Assembly: GCA_035624235.1 (NCBI GenBank)
Contig: DASPRX010000261.1
Location: 61,125-125,124, forward strand
Direction of reading: 5' to 3'
Source: Burkholderiales bacterium
Lineage (GTDB): Bacteria > Pseudomonadota > Gammaproteobacteria > Burkholderiales > SG8-39
DNA length: 64,000 nucleotides
Positions 60,101-64,000 of the stretch are shown here, piece by piece. Within the stretch, counting starts at the first letter, position 1, and each line of letters starts with the position of its first letter. Made by a program: the position numbers and the translations under genes. Under the pieces are notes generated by a model, which did no database searches, was not told the origin of the DNA, and saw only the letters and a list, made by a program, of their open reading frames with translations.

Positions 60101-60895
60101 GAGGACAGCGAAGCGGTGTTCTACTTTCCGGGCTGCGGCTCGGAGCGGCTGTTCTCCCAGGTCGGACTGGCTACGCAGGCGATGCTGTATCGGGCCGGCG
60201 TGCAGTGCGTCCTGCCGCCTGGCTACCTGTGCTGCGGCTACCCGCAGACCGCCGCGGGCGAGGCGGAGCGCGGCGAGCGCATCATCACGCAGAACCGCGT
60301 GCTGTTCCACCGCCTGGCGACCACGCTCAACTATCTGGACATCCGCACGGTGATCGTCTCCTGCGGTACCTGCCTGGATCAGCTCGAGAGCTACGAGTTC
60401 GACAAGATCTTTCCCGGCAGCCGCCTGCTCGACATCCACGAATACCTGCTCGAGAAGGGCGTGAAGCTCGACGGCGTGTCCGGCGAGCGCTATCTCTACC
60501 ACGATCCCTGCCACAGCCCCATCAAGCAGCACCAGCCGCTCGCCGTGGCGCGCGCGCTGACCGGGTCCGAGGTCGCACTTTCGCCGCGCTGCTGCGGCGA
60601 GTCCGGCACGCTCGCGCTTTCGCGGCCCGACATCTCCACGCAGGTGCGCTTTCGCAAGCAGGAGGAACTGGAAGCGGGCGTCGCCGCCCTGCGCGCCGGG
60701 GATTCACGCCGCAGCGTGAAAATTCTCACATCCTGCCCGTCCTGCCTGCAGGGACTGGCGCGCTTCTCTGGTGACACTGAGGCGCAGGCCGACTATATTG
60801 TGGTCGAGATGGCGCGCCGCCTGCTGGGCGAGAATTGGCTGCCGGAATTCGTCGCCCGGGCGAATGCGGGCGGCATTGAGCGAGTGCTGCTCTGA
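57140..60895 (+). CDS. 1251-aa fusion oxidoreductase: DUF3683-like N-domain + FAD-binding (GlcD-like) + 2x[4Fe-4S] + CCG domains (GlcF/YdiJ-like)
   Basis: N-terminus [21 protein letters not shown] motif [14 protein letters not shown]. Ferredoxin motifs [11 protein letters not shown]...P and [13 protein letters not shown]-terminal Cys-rich CCG motifs ([16 protein letters not shown]). Confidence 0.85.
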   Translation: MQARLREIPYNYTSFSDREVVARLLGPRAWQLISELRAERRTGRSARMLYEVLGEMWVVLRNPYLEDDLIAHLRRRAEVLAGMRRRLDEIEARRGESERVAELLSEARAALERFEAGFEETRALRAKVRRRLARVTRRDNVCFDGFARVSHVTDATDWRVEYPFVVVTPDREEEVLPVVRTLIALGLTIIPRGGGTGYTGGAVPLTRRSAVLNTEKLEALGPVEWAELPGTRRRVPTIRCGAGVVTRRVMEAAEAQGLVFAVDPTSADASCIGGNVAMNAGGKKAVLWGTALDNLASWRMVTPEAEWLDIERIGHNLGKIHDAATASFRLRRYAADGKRLLEERMLEIEGARFRKRGLGKDVTDKFLAGLPGVQKEGTDGVIVSATFVLHRMPAQVRTVCLEFFASAREAVPAIVEVKAYLDGHAQVKLAGLEHLDERYVKAVGYATKSRRNQRPRMVLIGDIVGDGVDEVASAASAVVRIANARGGEGFVAVSAEARRRFWLDRARTAAIAKHTNAFKINEDVVIPLDCLAEYSDGVERLNIEFSIANKLELLDALEEYFSGELPLYKFEEPVPAAEVLGERPQRALELIRAVRARWRELGENLDARFAALQARSERLSWKTEVREPLQRIFSGIAFRHVLEGADGVHARVLRGRVFVALHMHAGDGNVHTNIPVNSDDYAMLGRATQAVARIMRLAKSLGGVISGEHGIGITKLEFLEPGELEAFRAYKQAVDPQGRFNAGKLLAGSDLSNAYTPSFSLIGAESLILEQSDLGRVSDSIKDCLRCGKCKPVCATHVPRANLLYSPRNKILAASLLIEAILYEEQTRHGVALSHYAEFGDVADHCTVCHKCESPCPVDIDFGDVSIAMRNLLRRSGKRRANLGTRASMMFLSATDPRTVKLTRAALIGWGYGLQRAAHRMARGLGLARAQSAHPPASSGRRSAATQIIHLVNKPMPGGLPKKSARALLDIEDPKVVPIVRDPARVSEDSEAVFYFPGCGSERLFSQVGLATQAMLYRAGVQCVLPPGYLCCGYPQTAAGEAERGERIITQNRVLFHRLATTLNYLDIRTVIVSCGTCLDQLESYEFDKIFPGSRLLDIHEYLLEKGVKLDGVSGERYLYHDPCHSPIKQHQPLAVARALTGSEVALSPRCCGESGTLALSRPDISTQVRFRKQEELEAGVAALRAGDSRRSVKILTSCPSCLQGLARFSGDTEAQADYIVVEMARRLLGENWLPEFVARANAGGIERVLL

Positions 60896-61323
60896 TGGAT
60901 TGCGAGTTCTGTGAAGGAGACGGTGGTCCCGTGCTGTGGCGCGACGGCTTCTGCCGCATCGTGCGTGCGCCGTCGCAGGACTACGCGGGCTTCTGCCGCG
61001 TGATACTCAATCGGCACGCGCGCGAAATGACCGACCTGGCGCCTGGCGAGCGCGTACGCCTGATGGATGCGGTCTTCGCCTGCGAGTCGGCGCTGCGCGA
61101 GCTGTTCGATCCCGACAAGATCAATCTGGCGAGCCTGGGCAATGTGGTGCCGCACCTGCACTGGCATGTGATAGCGCGCCACGCGGACGACCCGCATTTC
61201 CCGGATCCGATCTGGGCCGCGCCGCGGCGAGCAGGCGTCCCGGCCCGCGCCTTGCGCAAAGAGGTTTCCGACGCGCGGCTCGGCGCGCGCCTCGCTGCGC
61301 TGCTCGTGCAGCACGCGGCATGA
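60895..61323 (+). CDS. HIT-family protein
   Basis: TGATG overlap with the oxidoreductase stop. Histidine triad NVVPHLHWHVIARH. Confidence 0.8.
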   Translation: MDCEFCEGDGGPVLWRDGFCRIVRAPSQDYAGFCRVILNRHAREMTDLAPGERVRLMDAVFACESALRELFDPDKINLASLGNVVPHLHWHVIARHADDPHFPDPIWAAPRRAGVPARALRKEVSDARLGARLAALLVQHAA

Positions 61324-61333
61324 GGCGCCGGCC

Positions 61334-62959
61334 ATGAACGACATCGTCCTTCCCGAGCTCGCGCCGAACGCGTCGCCCGATTTCCTAGACGGGGCGGCCT
61401 GCAAGGCATGGGTCGAGAACGTGCCGCTTTCGAACATACCCGCTGCGCAGAGCCAGCTGCTCGAGGCCGTTGAAGAGTTCAATCGTTTCCCGACCAAGGC
61501 GACCAACCGGCTCGCGGTGATGGAAACGCTGCGTGAGCCGGTGCATTTCGTGCAGATGGAGCAGGCCAAGCGTTTCACCAATCGCGCTCTGCCGATGGTC
61601 GAGAACGAAGCCCAGGTGTTCCAGGACACGGTCGCCTTGTGGCAGCGAATGCATATCGGCTACCTGCGCTGCCTCGACGCCGTGGGCGAGGGCGAGCCCG
61701 GAATGCGCGCGCAGGCGGCGTTGGTGTGCCAGCGCGCCCTTGCGTATTCCGGCCTCAAGATGTTCCATCACTACCGCGCATACCGGCAGGTGCCGCCGCG
61801 TGAATGGGCCGTGCTGCATCGGGTGTATGCGCGGGCGGAAGCGCTCGGCGTGTCCAACGAGCCGGTCAAGGATTACATGAACCGGGACGTGCACGACACC
61901 TCGCCGCGCACCGCCTATCTGCGCGCAATCCTGATGGGGATGTGCAATCCGAACGAGCTCGGGCAGCGCCAGCTCACGTTCGTCGCGTACCTGCTCGAGC
62001 GCTGGGCTGAGCGCGTCGAAATCCTCGCGCACCCGGTGGGTGAGGCCGATGTGCCGGAGCTGGTGGTGGACCTCTTATCGGATCGCTGCCCGGAGCGCTT
62101 CGCCCGCGACGAAGCGGTCGCGCCGATGAAGGAGCCGCGTTACCTGGACGCGCGGCGGCTTGCCAAGAGCCTGCGCAACCGCATCGGCCTGCTGCGCAAG
62201 GGCGAGTCCCCGGCCAAGCTCGCGCTGGGCGAGGACTGCGTGCAGCCCTCGTGCGAGCAACTGCTGGTGTTCCTGTATCGCCAGTGGTACCAGCCGCGCC
62301 CGCCGCGCGTTCAGGAGCGGCGCAGCGCGAGTCACGCGGCGGAGGTGTGCAACGGCATGGCCGCGATTCACTACCACGTTTCGGGCCAGGCTTTCCGCCA
62401 GCCCGGCGCGCAAGGCGATCTCACCAAGAAAGAGCGCGAGGAGATCGCGACCTTCGGACGCATTAGCACGCGCCACGAGGACGACTACAGCGAGTCGAAG
62501 GGCATCGTGCTGGAGCGCTGGAAGCTGGAAGACGAGAGCGCGCAGGGGCTGAAGATGCTGCGCCCGGCCAGCGATCCCGGCAAACGCTATGCGCACGGCC
62601 AGCTGGTCGGCTTGCGCCCCGCGGACAGCAAGAACTTCATGCTGGGCCAGGTGCGTTGGCTGATGATCAACGACAAGGGCGACCTCTATGCCGGCGTGCG
62701 GCTGCTGCCGGGCCTGCCGGCGGCGATGGCTGTGCGCCCGACAGGGTTGAACGTGATGAAGGAGCAGTACGTTCCCGGCCTGTCTCTCACCGGCGTTCCG
62801 GCGCTCGATTCGCCGCCTACCGTCGTGCTGCCAACGGGCTGGTACAGGCCCAAGCGCGTGATCGAGGTGTTCGTCGACTCTCCGGTGCGCGTGCGGCTCA
62901 CCGAGGTGATCGAGCGCGGCGTGGATTTCGAGCGCGTCGCCTACGAGATTCTGCCCTAG
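61334..62959 (+). CDS. Conserved hypothetical protein with a C-terminal PilZ-like motif pair (candidate c-di-GMP receptor)
   Basis: 541 aa, starting 10 nt after the HIT stop. RISTR (aa 376-380) is followed 19 residues later by DESAQG (aa 400-405), matching RxxxR...(D/N)xSxxG. I recognise nothing in the ~370-aa N-terminal region. Confidence 0.6.
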   Translation: MNDIVLPELAPNASPDFLDGAACKAWVENVPLSNIPAAQSQLLEAVEEFNRFPTKATNRLAVMETLREPVHFVQMEQAKRFTNRALPMVENEAQVFQDTVALWQRMHIGYLRCLDAVGEGEPGMRAQAALVCQRALAYSGLKMFHHYRAYRQVPPREWAVLHRVYARAEALGVSNEPVKDYMNRDVHDTSPRTAYLRAILMGMCNPNELGQRQLTFVAYLLERWAERVEILAHPVGEADVPELVVDLLSDRCPERFARDEAVAPMKEPRYLDARRLAKSLRNRIGLLRKGESPAKLALGEDCVQPSCEQLLVFLYRQWYQPRPPRVQERRSASHAAEVCNGMAAIHYHVSGQAFRQPGAQGDLTKKEREEIATFGRISTRHEDDYSESKGIVLERWKLEDESAQGLKMLRPASDPGKRYAHGQLVGLRPADSKNFMLGQVRWLMINDKGDLYAGVRLLPGLPAAMAVRPTGLNVMKEQYVPGLSLTGVPALDSPPTVVLPTGWYRPKRVIEVFVDSPVRVRLTEVIERGVDFERVAYEILP

Positions 62960-62964
62960 CGCTC

Positions 62965-64000
62965 TCAGGCCGCGCGCGCCGAGCTCGCGACGCGCACCCG
63001 CGAGGCGGGAAACACGGCGCTGAAGACCGAGCCGCGTCCGGGCTCGCTTTGCACGCTCAGGCTCGCCTGGTGGCGCGTGAGCGCATGCTTGACGATCGCC
63101 AGCCCCAGGCCGGTGCCGCCTGTCTCGCGCGAGCGGCTGCTGTCGACGCGGTAGAAGCGTTCCGTGAGCCGCGCGATGTGGCGCGCGTCGATGCCGATGC
63201 CGCTGTCCTCGACGCTGAAGATTCCCCGCCCGCCATCGAGACGCCATGCGAGCCGGATCGAGCCGCCCTCGGGGGTGTAGCGCACGGCGTTCGAGACCAG
63301 ATTCGAAAACGCGCTCGTGAGCTCCTTAGGGCTGCCCTTGAGACGGCTATCGGCCTGCACCGAAGTGGCGATGCGGTGTCGCGCGCCGGAGAGCGCCCGC
63401 GCTTCCTCGGCCAGCTTCTCGATCAGTGGTGCGACCTCGATCTCCTGCTCGTCGTCCGGCGCGCCGCTCGCCTCGAGCGCGGAGAGGGTGAGCAGGTCTT
63501 CGATCAGGCGACGCATGCGCTGCGCCTGATCGCGCATCAGGCCGAGGAAGCGGTTGCGCTGCGCTTCGCTCAGGCTGATCGCGGGATCCGCGAGGGTCTC
63601 GACGAATCCCGACAGCACGGTGACGGGCGTCTTGAGCTCGTGCGACACGTTGGCCACGAAATCGCGCCGCATGGTCTCGAGCCGCTGCTCGCTCGTCACG
63701 TCGCGCGACAAGAGCAGCTTCTGCTCGGCACCGAACTCGATCACGCGCACCGACAGCGCGGCATCCGTGCGCGCCGAGCGCAGCATCAGCGGTTCGGCAT
63801 AGCGTCGCGCCCCCAGGTAGGCGACGAAATCCGGCTGGCGTACGAGGTTGCTGATCGCCTGTCCGAAATCGCGGCGCGCGTCGATGCCGAAGTGCTGCTC
63901 GGCCGTGGGGTTGGACCATTCGATATGGTCGTCGCCATCGAGTATCACGACGCCGTCGGGCAGCGCGCGTCCCGCTGCGCGGAAGCGCGACAGCGCGCGC
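62965..64000 (-). CDS. phoR: Phosphate regulon sensor histidine kinase PhoR, C-terminal part. The 5' end runs off the right edge.
   Basis: The reading frame is open to the window edge. PAS segment, H-box FVANVSHELKTPVTVL, N-box SNLVSNAVRYTP, and G-boxes DSGIGI and GGTGLGLAIVKH. Confidence 0.88.
   Translation of the reverse strand, partial: RALSRFRAAGRALPDGVVILDGDDHIEWSNPTAEQHFGIDARRDFGQAISNLVRQPDFVAYLGARRYAEPLMLRSARTDAALSVRVIEFGAEQKLLLSRDVTSEQRLETMRRDFVANVSHELKTPVTVLSGFVETLADPAISLSEAQRNRFLGLMRDQAQRMRRLIEDLLTLSALEASGAPDDEQEIEVAPLIEKLAEEARALSGARHRIATSVQADSRLKGSPKELTSAFSNLVSNAVRYTPEGGSIRLAWRLDGGRGIFSVEDSGIGIDARHIARLTERFYRVDSSRSRETGGTGLGLAIVKHALTRHQASLSVQSEPGRGSVFSAVFPASRVRVASSARAA

Noticed and set aside
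57083-60774. Long alternative-frame ORFs inside the 1251-aa oxidoreductase gene (57083..58441 -, 57106..58536 +, 58642..60774 +, 59294..60532 -)
   Set aside because: Only the 57140..60895 frame gives the FAD, ferredoxin and CCG motifs. The other frames yield Arg/Ala/Gly-rich low-complexity products.

Overview
This is a very GC-rich, gene-dense 64-kb chromosomal segment with about 63 protein-coding genes on both strands, many joined by 1-4 nt start/stop overlaps. Gene content and local synteny look like a Betaproteobacterium (Burkholderiales/Rhodocyclales-like): a TorF-type porin-glnK-amtB operon behind a sigma-54 promoter, aroQ-accB-accC-prmA, rubredoxin-pilGHIJ-chpA, yqgE-ruvX-pyrR-pyrB-pyrC', ybeD-lipB-lipA, and polA / DUF2782 / APH-type thrB. 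I cannot assign a genus from the sequence alone. Both edges cut genes: metH on the left and phoR on the right. I found no rRNA, tRNA, CRISPR array, transposase, integrase, phage gene or recognisable defence or toxin-antitoxin gene, and every intergenic gap is under about 230 bp. The window is therefore essentially core chromosome. The only accessory-looking stretch is about 2.6-11.1 kb. It holds a rhodanese, a thioesterase, a PAS-hemerythrin, a TetR-controlled BadH-like SDR plus crotonase operon, and a convergent operon of two tandem benzoate-CoA-ligase-family paralogs with an FAH-family hydrolase and a GST-zeta isomerase. The leads I consider worth a second look are: (1) that CoA-ligase/ring-fission cluster, which has no dioxygenase in the window; (2) a tightly coupled operon of a 1251-aa DUF3683/FAD/Fe-S/CCG oxidoreductase, a HIT protein and a 541-aa protein whose C-terminus carries an RxxxR...DxSxxG (PilZ-like) motif; (3) an intrinsic-terminator-like hairpin 10 nt upstream of the metH start codon in a leader I cannot assign to a known riboswitch class; (4) a Pil-Chp chemosensory cluster without CheR/CheB and with degenerate Hpt domains. 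None of these is a clear-cut new system. I found no convincing evidence for a novel defence or mobile system here.
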